A stretch of 64,000 bases of DNA from an uncultured delta proteobacterium (GCA_963823335.1 CAWGLD010000001.1:960001-1024000); one strand, 5' to 3'. Shown: positions 20,774 through 34,211, counted from the stretch's first letter. Notes: generated by a model from the letters alone, not told the origin. Program-made: numbers and translations.

Positions 20774-22165
20774 ATGCAAAAAATATCCTTATACTTCAAT
20801 CGGTTTCTATGTACGTTCCTGTTTCTTCTCTGGTTCCCGGTTGCCGGCAACAGCCATGAACTGGACCGCAGAAACGCCGTCGTGAGTACCATTCAAAAAG
20901 TAGGCCCGGCAGTGGTCAACATCAGCTCAGAATACCAGGTTCAGACACGGCGTAATCCCTTTTCCGGATTTGGAATGGACCCTTTTTTCGATTCGTTCTT
21001 CAAAGATTTTTTTGATCCGGGCTTGGAGCATCGTCAGAAACGAACCAGCCTCGGTTCCGGTGTCATCATCGACGGTAAAAGAGGGTTCATTCTTACCAAT
21101 GCGCATGTCGTCACCCAGTCGGAATCAATCTCGGTCGCTCTCAAGGATGAACGGGAGTTTCAGGCACAAATCGTGGGTGTGGACCCGGATTCGGACCTGG
21201 CTGTACTGAAAATCGGAAACCAGGAAGATCTGCCGGCCATAGAAATGGGGAATTCCGACGATCTCATGATCGGCGAAACCGTCATTGCCATCGGTAATCC
21301 TTTCGGTTTTTCACATACGGTAACCACCGGTGTCATCAGCGCGCTGAACCGCAGCATTCGAACCGATGATACGGTGTACCATAATTTCATCCAGACCGAT
21401 GCGTCCATCAATCCCGGCAACAGCGGGGGCCCTTTGCTGAACATCCATGGTGATTTAATTGGCATCAACACCGCCATCTATGCCAAGGCACAGGGTATCG
21501 GATTTGCCACCCCCATCAACAAGGCCAAGCGTATCGTCGCGGACTTGATTCAATATGGCGAAGTGGTACATTCCTGGACTGGGCTATTCCTGCAGGATCT
21601 CGACCAGGAACTTGCACGCTATTTGAAAATCCCCGCAGACAAGGGCGTCATTGTCAAGGAGGTCGAGCCCGACAGTCCCGCCACCGCTGCCGGTATCTTC
21701 AAGGGTGACATCATTCTTGCCCTTGAAAACATTCCGATTCGTTCGGTTTATGACTATCAGCAAGCCCTGAAAAGCTTCTCGGTGGGTTCCAGGATCAAAA
21801 TTAAAATATTTCAGAATGCTAAGCAGAAGACATGTTTATTGACAACATCTGTCTTTCCGGAAGAGCGCGCACTTGAACTGGCCGACAAACTATTAGGTGT
21901 CTCGATCGAAGCGTTGTCACCAACGAATCGCCGAAAATATCAAATTTCGGCCAAAGAGGGCGTCGTTATTTCCAAAATTGCTGCCCGATCATATCTTGCC
22001 GGTATCGGCGTTGATGTTGGCGATGTAATTCGGCAGATAGATGATCAGGTCATTTCCTATGTGGACGACTTTAAAAAAGCGATAATCAAGAGCCGCCAGA
22101 AAAACAACCTCGTGATTCTTGTACAGCGGGGGGAACAGGGATATTATATCACCGTAAAACCATGA
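20774..22165 (+). CDS. DegP/DegQ family serine protease with PDZ domains
   Basis: LTNAHVV, DSDLAVLK, INPGNSGGPL. Confidence 0.94.
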   Translation: MQKISLYFNRFLCTFLFLLWFPVAGNSHELDRRNAVVSTIQKVGPAVVNISSEYQVQTRRNPFSGFGMDPFFDSFFKDFFDPGLEHRQKRTSLGSGVIIDGKRGFILTNAHVVTQSESISVALKDEREFQAQIVGVDPDSDLAVLKIGNQEDLPAIEMGNSDDLMIGETVIAIGNPFGFSHTVTTGVISALNRSIRTDDTVYHNFIQTDASINPGNSGGPLLNIHGDLIGINTAIYAKAQGIGFATPINKAKRIVADLIQYGEVVHSWTGLFLQDLDQELARYLKIPADKGVIVKEVEPDSPATAAGIFKGDIILALENIPIRSVYDYQQALKSFSVGSRIKIKIFQNAKQKTCLLTTSVFPEERALELADKLLGVSIEALSPTNRRKYQISAKEGVVISKIAARSYLAGIGVDVGDVIRQIDDQVISYVDDFKKAIIKSRQKNNLVILVQRGEQGYYITVKP

Positions 22166-22177
22166 GGAAGAAAACAT

Positions 22178-23560
22178 ATGCCGCGAATTAAAATCAACCA
22201 ATTGCTTAAATCCGGAAACAGGCTAGAAAATGTACTGATAAAAGGGTGGGTTCGAACCAAGCGGGATACAAAAACGTTTTCCTTTCTGGAAATAAATGAT
22301 GGGTCCTGCCTGAACAACCTTCAAGTCATTGTCGACAATACCCTGCCAAACTACGGAGAGACAAAGCAGCTCACCACGGGCTCGGCAGTTGCAATTCATG
22401 GAAACCTGATACCCTCCAAAGGAAAGGGACAGTCGTGGGAGCTTACGGCCACGACGGTGGAGATTGTCAGCCTGGCACCCGAAGAATACCCGCTTCAAAA
22501 AAAACGCCATACCGATGAATATCTGAGAACCATCGCCCACCTGCGGCCCAGGACCAACAAGTATGGTGCGGCCTTTCGTATTCGCTCCGAGCTGGCTTAC
22601 GCGATTCATCTTTTTTTTAAAGAACGCGAATTTCGATACATCCATACACCCATACTAACGGGATCGGACTGTGAAGGTGCGGGAGAGCTTTTCCGGGTAA
22701 CGTCTCTTGATTTAAGCAACCTCCCCCTCAAGGACGGTACCCCTGATTATTCCCGTGATTTTTTCGGAAAAGAAGCCAACCTGACCGTTTCAGGACAGTT
22801 GGCGGTGGAAATGTTTGCACTTTCTCTGGGGGATGTCTACACTTTCGGGCCCACTTTCAGGGCTGAAAATTCCAATACGCGAAGGCATGTGGCGGAATTC
22901 TGGATGGTTGAACCGGAAATGGCGTTTTGCGACCTGCAGGGCAACATGGATCTCGGAGAAGAAATGATCCAGTTTTTAACCGCCTATATCATGGACGCCT
23001 GTCAGGATGATATCGCCTTGTTTGCAAAATATGTCGACAAAAACCTTATGGCAACCCTGGCATCGATTGTTGAGTCTGATTTTGTCCGACTTCCTTATTC
23101 TGAGGCCGTGGACATCCTAAAGAAGTCCACGGCTAGCTTTGAGTTCGAGATTGACACTGGCAGGGACCTGCAGTCTGAACATGAGCGATATCTTACCGAA
23201 AAGCACTTTAAAAAACCCGTCATCGTCTACGACTATCCCAAGGAGATAAAAGCCTTTTACATGCGTCTGAACGATGACGATAAAACCGTTGCCGCCATGG
23301 ATGTTCTGGTGCCCCAGATCGGAGAAATCATCGGTGGTTCCCAGAGGGAGGAGCGCTACGAGGTCCTAGAAAAACGAATAGCCGCGGCCGGTCTTCCCAG
23401 AGACGCCTACTGGTGGTATCTCGACTCTCGAAGGTATGGCAGTGTGCCACACAGCGGTTTTGGCCTGGGATTTGAGCGGTTGCTGATGCTGTTGACCGGT
23501 ATTACCAATATCCGGGATGTGATACCCTTTCCCAGGACACCCAACAACATCGAGTTCTAA
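22178..23560 (+). CDS. asnS: asparagine--tRNA ligase
   Basis: LTVSGQL, FRAENSNT, GFGLGFER motifs. Confidence 0.96.
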   Translation: MPRIKINQLLKSGNRLENVLIKGWVRTKRDTKTFSFLEINDGSCLNNLQVIVDNTLPNYGETKQLTTGSAVAIHGNLIPSKGKGQSWELTATTVEIVSLAPEEYPLQKKRHTDEYLRTIAHLRPRTNKYGAAFRIRSELAYAIHLFFKEREFRYIHTPILTGSDCEGAGELFRVTSLDLSNLPLKDGTPDYSRDFFGKEANLTVSGQLAVEMFALSLGDVYTFGPTFRAENSNTRRHVAEFWMVEPEMAFCDLQGNMDLGEEMIQFLTAYIMDACQDDIALFAKYVDKNLMATLASIVESDFVRLPYSEAVDILKKSTASFEFEIDTGRDLQSEHERYLTEKHFKKPVIVYDYPKEIKAFYMRLNDDDKTVAAMDVLVPQIGEIIGGSQREERYEVLEKRIAAAGLPRDAYWWYLDSRRYGSVPHSGFGLGFERLLMLLTGITNIRDVIPFPRTPNNIEF

Positions 23561-23591
23561 ATTCGCTGGCGTGAACCGAAAAAGCAAGCAA

Positions 23592-23645
23592 ATTCCTCGT
23601 AGGTTCTGCCGTTCGGCAGTGCTTCGGCATGCTGCGGGGTTTTCA
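23592..23645. repeat. REP-like palindrome between convergent genes
   Basis: ATTCCTCGTAG...CTGCGGGGTT outer stem enclosing CTGCCGTTCGGCAG and TGCTTCGGCA hairpins. Confidence 0.45.
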
Positions 23646-23666
23646 GTTTAGAAGATTAGAAGCCAA

Positions 23667-24539
23667 TCAATTCGATTGAACTAAAATAACGGTCAATATT
23701 TTAATCGGTGTTGTGTTGTGCGCATTCGCCAGATTTTTTATCTTGTCACCCTCCTTGGCCTCCATTCCGGCACCTTTTAAGCTCTGGTAGACCCTATCGG
23801 GTTCAAGCTGCATTTCTTTGATTATCTGGCCGATGGTTTTATTGCCCAGACCCGTACCGGAAAATGTTTCCTCTATTTTCTCAGCTGTCCAAACGGCGCC
23901 GGATGTCATCGCCACGGGTTTGGTCTCCAGTTTTTTTATGACTTCATAGACGCCCATTCCCGAACTACGCTTACTGTCGGCAATCTCTGCCAGGGTGTTC
24001 TTGGGACTGCCCACCGTAAAACCTGCCGCCCTGAGTTCCATCATCGCCTGGTCCAGAGGGATACTCTGCTTCTTACAAAAGGTTTGAAGGCTGACCATCT
24101 CCGCATGACCGAAAGGTGGCTCCAGTTCAGGAGCGGTGACCCAGGAGCTTTTGATGGCCTCTCCCAAGTCACTCACATAGACAAGCGGTGGCAAGGACCA
24201 GATACCACTGACGACAATCCAGAGAAATATCAGCGAGCTGAGCACCAGTTCACGTCTATATCGCAGAGTACTCTCGATCTTGCCGCTCAAATATTTAATC
24301 AAGGGTTTCCAGTTGTAATAGAGATGGAACCCACCGGCAATCAGAAGCAGAAGACCTGAAAAAATATGTATTGTTCCCCATTGATCTTTTTCTAGGCCCC
24401 AAAACTGCCACTTTATCCAGTAAGCCACCCTGCCATGGGGCTGAATATATAAAAGGATTCCCGAAAAACATAATAATACAAAACTCACCAGCGAACATAA
24501 TGAGGTAAATGCACGACCACTCCATCTTTTATCACTCAT
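23667..24539 (-). CDS. DUF4405-domain membrane protein
   Basis: SGILLY, WGTIHI, FHLYYNW TM segments; PPFGHAE soluble C-terminus. Confidence 0.75.
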   Translation of the reverse strand: MSDKRWSGRAFTSLCSLVSFVLLCFSGILLYIQPHGRVAYWIKWQFWGLEKDQWGTIHIFSGLLLLIAGGFHLYYNWKPLIKYLSGKIESTLRYRRELVLSSLIFLWIVVSGIWSLPPLVYVSDLGEAIKSSWVTAPELEPPFGHAEMVSLQTFCKKQSIPLDQAMMELRAAGFTVGSPKNTLAEIADSKRSSGMGVYEVIKKLETKPVAMTSGAVWTAEKIEETFSGTGLGNKTIGQIIKEMQLEPDRVYQSLKGAGMEAKEGDKIKNLANAHNTTPIKILTVILVQSN

Positions 24540-24676
24540 TCTATAAATACCTTCTAAAATAAAGACGTTAGAACAATTCCATCATGTCGTTGTAGAATTG
24601 GTGAAGCTGATACGCTCTCTGCCGTCTCAAAGATTCAGAGCGGCGAAAGCGCGTTTCATAAATTCGCTACACGGAT

Positions 24677-25468
24677 TTATTCGCGCAAACAGCGCAGTTT
24701 GGCCAGATCCTCGGCATAGCCGTACAGATGGAGGCCCTTGCTTTCAACGATCATCTCGCCATCTTCGACACCGATTTCAGCAGCCATATAGCTCTTCAGG
24801 TTCTGGATGCCTGCCAGGTTGGCAGGCAAGCCCCCCCACAAATCCCAGGACCGGAAATAGACCATAAAATTGAGCCGATCATCCTGAATACGTGTGTCGA
24901 TGGAGCGAAGACAGGGAGGGTCCAGGAGGGTGATGTCCGATGGATGTGCCACCTGAAGCACCATCTGGTTGTTTCGGTACCCAAATTTTTTATAGGTATC
25001 GATCACCCACTCAATCTGATTCAGGTAAATCATGCCTTCTTTCTCAAAGACAATTTTACCGTCGATCTCCCTTTTATCGATGATTTCCGTATTGTCGTTC
25101 TGCCACCAGGTCAGTTTGTTACGGGTAATCGGTGCCTGTGTCAGCCGTTCGCCATACGTATAGGACTCGCCTGGTTCTTTATGGCCCGTCATAAGATATT
25201 CGATATAGGAGCGCTGGTATCCCTCGCCCCCATAAATATATGCTTCCTCCACCGGATTTGGAATACCACAAGAGGCTGGAATATCCGGCAACAACGGCTC
25301 GGTGTCGGGGTGCAGAATATGGCCGCAGAAATAATCGTATTCCAGGCGTGTTTGCCCGGCATAGGACCCCCTGTCAATGTTGAATCGCTGTCCATTGTCC
25401 AGAATATCGTGAACCGCCTGAAACCAGAGATCCGGAAGATCTCTGGCCTTAATCATATGAATCTTCAT
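24677..25468 (-). CDS. thyA: thymidylate synthase, archaeal/methanogen-like ThyA type
   Basis: YTYGERL, DPPCLR (catalytic Cys), FRSWDLWGGLPAN, GLHLY. Confidence 0.8.
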   Translation of the reverse strand: MKIHMIKARDLPDLWFQAVHDILDNGQRFNIDRGSYAGQTRLEYDYFCGHILHPDTEPLLPDIPASCGIPNPVEEAYIYGGEGYQRSYIEYLMTGHKEPGESYTYGERLTQAPITRNKLTWWQNDNTEIIDKREIDGKIVFEKEGMIYLNQIEWVIDTYKKFGYRNNQMVLQVAHPSDITLLDPPCLRSIDTRIQDDRLNFMVYFRSWDLWGGLPANLAGIQNLKSYMAAEIGVEDGEMIVESKGLHLYGYAEDLAKLRCLRE

Positions 25469-25825
25469 CTAATTCCTCACTATCCAGTTTTAATTTACAA
25501 TACTTTTACAAACACCTGCCACACCTCTGTGGCCAGCGATCATACGTATTCTTCCCATTTGTCTCGTTTTGAATCAAGGAAAAACATTCATCCATAGCTA
25601 TTGAAAACAGAAAATATTCTGGCTATCTTGAGCATATAGTGCTTATCTTGTACATCAATCTTTCTGTGTTCATCGAACACGAAATAAACAATCCCTGGCG
25701 CTTTGCGAACCCACTGCAAGGGTTCGACAACGCAAATCGACATTGGATCACCCATTTCGCTCTATCTATGATGAAATCCGAAAGTTGAGTTATAAACATA
25801 CTCTTTAATCTTAATCGGAGATATC

Positions 25826-27361
25826 GTGAGACAAGACTCTATTCTCGAAATAAAAGCGTATGGTGCCTGGAACGGCGGTACCCTTACCGACAATTCAATT
25901 TACGAAAACAAGGGTATGTTTTTCAAGGGCGACATCCCCGTAAACATGACATCCATTGAAGAACGCATCGGTATCAGAACCCGCATGGTGGCACCGGACG
26001 ATGCCAGGATCGGGGTCATTGCTCTTCAAAACCTGTTGGAAACATCGGATATAGATCCGGGTCGTATCAAAATGATTATCGGTGCTACCAATGTCGGAGA
26101 GGATAAATACGAAAAAGGCCCATTGATCCGACACTCTTTTGAAATCATAAAGGCACATTGCCCGAATGCAATTCCCTTTGATCTTTATGCCGGGTGCCCA
26201 GGTTACAACGTTGGCGTCGAATTGATCTTCATGCTCTCTTTGGCAGGTCAGCTGAAAGAAGACGATATCTCCATCGTAATCGGCGCGGAAAATATCCATC
26301 GTGCCAAAGCTTTTATGCCGCTTGATACTTCCAACATCATTTTCGGCGACGATGCACTGGCAACGGCGCTTGTAACAACGGCTACCCGTAGGCCTCCGAA
26401 AAGAAAGATTGTTACCGAGAAAACGCGCAGTTCTCTCTCTTCTGATTTTATCTCTGATCTTGCGGAAGCTATCCTTAAATTGAACGGGAATAAAAAAATC
26501 GATGGTATTATCATCGATAACCAACTCGGCAAACTTCAATACAGAGTGCCGGCCACTGCCGCAAGGGTACAGCACGAACTTGTCGTTCGGATGTTTCCGG
26601 AAAAAGTAAAAACCGGGCTCTTCAAGGATTTTAAACGTTCCCTGACATTCTACAACCGTCACGTAGATTCTTTCGCATTTGATATTATGTCGCTTTCAAA
26701 AAACACACAACTGGTAGAAAATATCGCCAGTGCCTACATTCAATCAGGCAAGCACACGTCGGTCGTAACTGTTTCTCTTGCTGAAGATATGACTGCAGAG
26801 ATCGCGATTCATCGTGGAAACGGTTTTGTCTTCGAAAGACCCCTTTCAGGTATTGTGGATACAAGGACACGGACGCATGGATGTTTTGGAGATTATATTC
26901 AGGCGCTTCCAACCGAAAATGATGTGTTTGGCGAAATGAATGGAAAGGGCGTTTTTCTATATGCCACCCGGGGGGCCGGAAGCCATTTAATCGACCTGTT
27001 GCAGCACAATCACCTTAGCATGGCTGATCTCGATTTGTTGATAGAACACCAGGCAAATTTTGCCATGATACCATTGACCCTTGAAAAAGTATTGGATCAT
27101 GGTCAGCCCGATTTAAAAAAAGATGTCATCGAATACGTCTCCAATAAAATGATCACCAATATACAGATGCGTGGCAATTGTTCGGTGGTGTGTATGCAGC
27201 GACTGCCCTATGATTTGAATCGGGGAGCACTTTTGCCGGACAGTATCAACGATTTCCCCATTAATCGGAATCTCGAAAAACTAAAAAGCGCTAAGATAAT
27301 TCTCAACGATTCAGTGGGTGCGGGAATGACAAGAAGTTCGTTTCTTCAAATAAAAAAATAA
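25826..27361 (+). CDS. atypical 3-oxoacyl-ACP synthase III (FabH/KAS III-like) with internal duplicated domain
   Basis: IGIRTR, AGC124PG, FGD, MNGKGVF, H408QAN, GN451CS, GAGMT; ~155 extra residues in the middle. Confidence 0.8.
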   Translation: MRQDSILEIKAYGAWNGGTLTDNSIYENKGMFFKGDIPVNMTSIEERIGIRTRMVAPDDARIGVIALQNLLETSDIDPGRIKMIIGATNVGEDKYEKGPLIRHSFEIIKAHCPNAIPFDLYAGCPGYNVGVELIFMLSLAGQLKEDDISIVIGAENIHRAKAFMPLDTSNIIFGDDALATALVTTATRRPPKRKIVTEKTRSSLSSDFISDLAEAILKLNGNKKIDGIIIDNQLGKLQYRVPATAARVQHELVVRMFPEKVKTGLFKDFKRSLTFYNRHVDSFAFDIMSLSKNTQLVENIASAYIQSGKHTSVVTVSLAEDMTAEIAIHRGNGFVFERPLSGIVDTRTRTHGCFGDYIQALPTENDVFGEMNGKGVFLYATRGAGSHLIDLLQHNHLSMADLDLLIEHQANFAMIPLTLEKVLDHGQPDLKKDVIEYVSNKMITNIQMRGNCSVVCMQRLPYDLNRGALLPDSINDFPINRNLEKLKSAKIILNDSVGAGMTRSSFLQIKK

Positions 27362-27385
27362 CCTCGCAGAGACGAGGTTATTTTT
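27354..27385. terminator. bidirectional intrinsic terminator
   Basis: AAAAATAACCTCG-cagaga-CGAGGTTATTTTT between convergent KAS III-like gene and gyrB. Confidence 0.75.
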
Positions 27386-27502
27386 ATTTCATTGTCTTTC
27401 GGACTTATAAATTAACGGACCTATGTACCAAATAAAGGTAAGACACTAAGGCTGTTAGATGATCCCTGAGCGATAGATGCGTTAAGATCAGCAGCGGAGG
27501 GT

Positions 27503-31050
<3,548 letters not shown>

Positions 31051-31324
31051 ATGTATTTCCTACCTTATAAATAAAGAAGTATTAATAAGGGCTGTTCATA
31101 ATGACAACAAGTTAACAATAAATTGATTTTATTAATATAATATAATCTTTTCTTTTACAATAAGGTGGTGAAAAACTGTTCAAAAACGGGCCATTTTCAT
31201 CTATGACAATCCCGTTGTTTATAAATAGAAAATTATGAACATTTTATCAATACAAAATACAAGATATTGTGTATAAGTATGTTTTAATTATATACATATA
31301 GCTGGAAGAGCCAAACAAAACAAG
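31051..31324. other. probable chromosomal replication origin (oriC)
   Basis: Very AT-rich; DnaA-box-like 9-mers at 31093, 31177, 31216, 31233, 31268; minus strand reads TTATGAACA-GCCC-TTATTAATACTTCTTTATTTATAA (box, GC spacer, DnaA-trio-like run) next to dnaN. Confidence 0.75.
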
Positions 31325-32602
31325 ATGAAATATATTGCCGACCTTCATGTGCATTCAAAATACTCCAGAGCCACTGCTAAAAATCTTGATCTGGAAAACC
31401 TCTATATAGCCGGTCAATTAAAAGGAATTACAGTACTGGGCACCGGCGATGTCACCCATCCTGCCTGGTTTAGGGAAATAAAAGAAAAATTAGTTCCGGC
31501 CGAAGCGGGGTTGTTCAAACTCAAAAAAGACATCACCCGGGCCTGCAGGGATCACATACCTGAAAGCTGTCGGGGTCCCGTTCGATTTGTCCTGGTTTCA
31601 GAAATAAGCAATATTTATAAAAAACGTGAAAAAACACGGAAAAATCATAATCTTGTATTTTTTCCGGATATTGAATCTGTTGAAAAATTTAATAAGGTGC
31701 TTGATAAGATTGGGAACATCAAATCAGATGGCAGACCGATACTGGGTTTGGACGCCAGAGATCTTCTGGAAATATCCCTGGAAATGTCGCCGGACGGTTT
31801 CCTGGTGCCGGCTCATATATGGACACCCTGGTTTTCCATGCTGGGATCGAAATCAGGATTTGATTCGATTCAGGACTGTTTTGAGGATCTGACACCCTAT
31901 ATTTTTGCGGTGGAAACCGGATTGTCTTCGGATCCCGAAATGAACTGGCGCGTTAAAAATTTGGATGGATTAACCCTTATATCCAATTCAGATGCACATT
32001 CTCCAATGAAGTTAGGGCGTGAAGCCAATATATTCAATACCGATTTGAGTTATTACCATATCAGGCATGCAATCAAGACGGGTGATCCAAAATTGTTTTA
32101 TGGAACATTTGAATTTTTTCCTGAAGAGGGCAAATATCATATCGATGGTCATCGGAAGTGTGAGCATCGTTCATGGCCGGCAGAAACGATTCAGAAAAAA
32201 AGAATTTGTCCCGTGTGCGGAAAGGCCATGACACTTGGTGTTTCATATCGGGTGGAACAACTGGCAGATCGTCCCCCTGGGGCGCATCCTGAGAGGCATC
32301 ATCCTTTTTATCACCTCATTCCGCTCAATGAAATTCTGTCGGAACTACTGAGTGTCGGACCCAATACCAAAAAGGTCAATAAGGTATATCATGCATTGTT
32401 AATGCAAAAAGGATCTGAATTAAAAATACTGCATGAACTTCCGATAGAATTGCTGACGCATGGGGAAGTGCCTTTATTGGGCGAGGCGATCAGACGGATG
32501 CGTAAAAAAGAAGTCCAGATCGTTCCAGGATATGACGGCGCGTTCGGGACGATTCAATTGTTTACATCCCGGGAAAAAGAAAAAATGAGCGGACACGTAT
32601 GA
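31325..32602 (+). CDS. endonuclease Q family protein (PHP domain + Zn finger)
   Basis: ADLHVHSKYSRAT, PAHIWTPWF, ETGLSSD, NSDAHS, GKYH, CPVCG. Confidence 0.85.
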   Translation: MKYIADLHVHSKYSRATAKNLDLENLYIAGQLKGITVLGTGDVTHPAWFREIKEKLVPAEAGLFKLKKDITRACRDHIPESCRGPVRFVLVSEISNIYKKREKTRKNHNLVFFPDIESVEKFNKVLDKIGNIKSDGRPILGLDARDLLEISLEMSPDGFLVPAHIWTPWFSMLGSKSGFDSIQDCFEDLTPYIFAVETGLSSDPEMNWRVKNLDGLTLISNSDAHSPMKLGREANIFNTDLSYYHIRHAIKTGDPKLFYGTFEFFPEEGKYHIDGHRKCEHRSWPAETIQKKRICPVCGKAMTLGVSYRVEQLADRPPGAHPERHHPFYHLIPLNEILSELLSVGPNTKKVNKVYHALLMQKGSELKILHELPIELLTHGEVPLLGEAIRRMRKKEVQIVPGYDGAFGTIQLFTSREKEKMSGHV

Positions 32603-33180
32603 GTCTTGCGATTCTAATCAGAAAAATGGGTATATTTTTTGCCGTTCTGTTTCTTTTCGTAACAGTGCCGATTGTTTCGGCGGATATCTACATGTTTATC
32701 GACAGCCAAGGGGTGCTGCATTTCACCAATGCACCGACATCGTCTCAATACACGCTGTATATCAAGGAACGACCAAAACCAGCGGAGACAACAAAAAAAT
32801 ATGATGGAATCATTCAGGAAGCCTCCAACAGGTTTGGTCTGTCGTTTTCACTCATAAAGGCGATCATAAAAGTGGAGTCTGATTTTGATTCACGGGCTGT
32901 TTCCAAAAAGGGAGCCCTTGGTTTGATGCAGATTATGCCCCAGAACCTGCAGGCATTCAATATTCAGGACCCGTATGATCCAAGGGACAACATTCTGGGG
33001 GGTGTGCGCTATTTCAAAAATCTTATAGAACGGTTTGAAGGGAAACTGCCCCTGGCCTTGGCTGCCTACAATGCCGGCCCGACCATCGTGGATAAACACA
33101 GGAAGATTCCGCCCATCCAGGAGACGGAAGATTATGTCAAAAAAGTTATGAAGTATTTTTATCTATACAAAAACAGCTGA
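32599..33180 (+). CDS. lytic transglycosylase (SLT domain, DUF4124-like N-terminus)
   Basis: VESDF, GALGLMQIMP, AAYNAGP. Confidence 0.9.
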   Translation: MSLAILIRKMGIFFAVLFLFVTVPIVSADIYMFIDSQGVLHFTNAPTSSQYTLYIKERPKPAETTKKYDGIIQEASNRFGLSFSLIKAIIKVESDFDSRAVSKKGALGLMQIMPQNLQAFNIQDPYDPRDNILGGVRYFKNLIERFEGKLPLALAAYNAGPTIVDKHRKIPPIQETEDYVKKVMKYFYLYKNS

Positions 33181-33216
33181 TAATAACCAAAGCGGATGAA
33201 CCGCAACAGCAAGCGC

Positions 33217-33248
33217 ATTCCCCGCATCAAGCTACGAAGTTCTTCAAT
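33217..33248. repeat. degenerate REP-like element
   Basis: ATTCCCCGCATCAAGCTACGAAGTTCTTCAAT resembles the 50711-50744 element. Confidence 0.35.
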
Positions 33249-33299
33249 GAGAAAAAAATACCCTCCCCTGTCACATGTACAGTCGAACCGAAGGAGATG

Positions 33300-34211
33300 T
33301 TATGCGGGTATCGGACAAACCGACAGAACCGGGCAGGGGCCCTGGCGGGAAACCCGGTCGGTGGTCGAGCCGGTCATAAGTACCTCGATGAGGTTGCGCC
33401 CACGGATGCCGAGAATGATGAGATCGATTGAATTTAACAGGGAGTATTTGATAAGTTCTTCGTAGGGCCTGCCCGCCAGAAGGCTCGTTTTTGGACGACA
33501 CCAGAGAACGGATTCCTCAGGAATCATTTTGGAGAGCTTTTCACTCAACTGGTGATACAATGTCTTTTCGGATGAACCGCCAGGGGCCGCACCCGATTTC
33601 AGTATGCCCTTGTAACTTGGCGTTTCTATCACATGGACCAGATGCAGTTCTGACTCGAAATCCTGAGCAAGGCTTAAACCATATTGAAAAGCAAGTTCGG
33701 AAAAAGTTGAAAAATCACATCCCACGAGTATTTTCTTAAAACCCAGTGAAAACCCACCCAAAAAAGCGTCAATATCTTCGTGGCTTCTGACGATAAGCAA
33801 CGGACAGGGCAGAATTCTCATCAACCGTTCAGTGACCGATCCCAGAAAAACACGCTTAAGCCCACTGCGACCGTGGGTTGCCGAAACAACCAGGTCTATC
33901 TGATGCATGGCCACAAATTTCGATATTTCATCCGGGGGATGCCCTGCGGTAACCAGTGGTTCCCAATCAATGGTTTGATTCTGCATCATCCGCTTAAGCT
34001 GTTCATGGGTATATCCGATGGTTTTGTTTTGAAGCTCCAGGGGAGCAAAAATAATATCTCCATAGGCTGCCGTGGTGCTTAAATCCACAATATGGCAGAC
34101 ATAGAGCTTGGCATTGAACTCTTTTGCCAAAGCAACGCCGGAGGATATGGCAATGGTGGAAAGGTCAGACAGGTCTGTGGCACATAGAATGTTATTGAAA
34201 TTGATTTTCAT
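33300..34211 (-). CDS. universal stress protein (tandem USP domains)
   Basis: NILCATDLS, ATHGRSG...LGSVTE, second GSTTDRV; SD AAGGAG before ATG 34211. Confidence 0.92.
   Translation of the reverse strand: MKINFNNILCATDLSDLSTIAISSGVALAKEFNAKLYVCHIVDLSTTAAYGDIIFAPLELQNKTIGYTHEQLKRMMQNQTIDWEPLVTAGHPPDEISKFVAMHQIDLVVSATHGRSGLKRVFLGSVTERLMRILPCPLLIVRSHEDIDAFLGGFSLGFKKILVGCDFSTFSELAFQYGLSLAQDFESELHLVHVIETPSYKGILKSGAAPGGSSEKTLYHQLSEKLSKMIPEESVLWCRPKTSLLAGRPYEELIKYSLLNSIDLIILGIRGRNLIEVLMTGSTTDRVSRQGPCPVLSVCPIPA

Noticed and set aside
25665..25735. Hairpins upstream of the KAS III-like gene
   Set aside because: Two short stems only, insufficient to call a regulatory RNA
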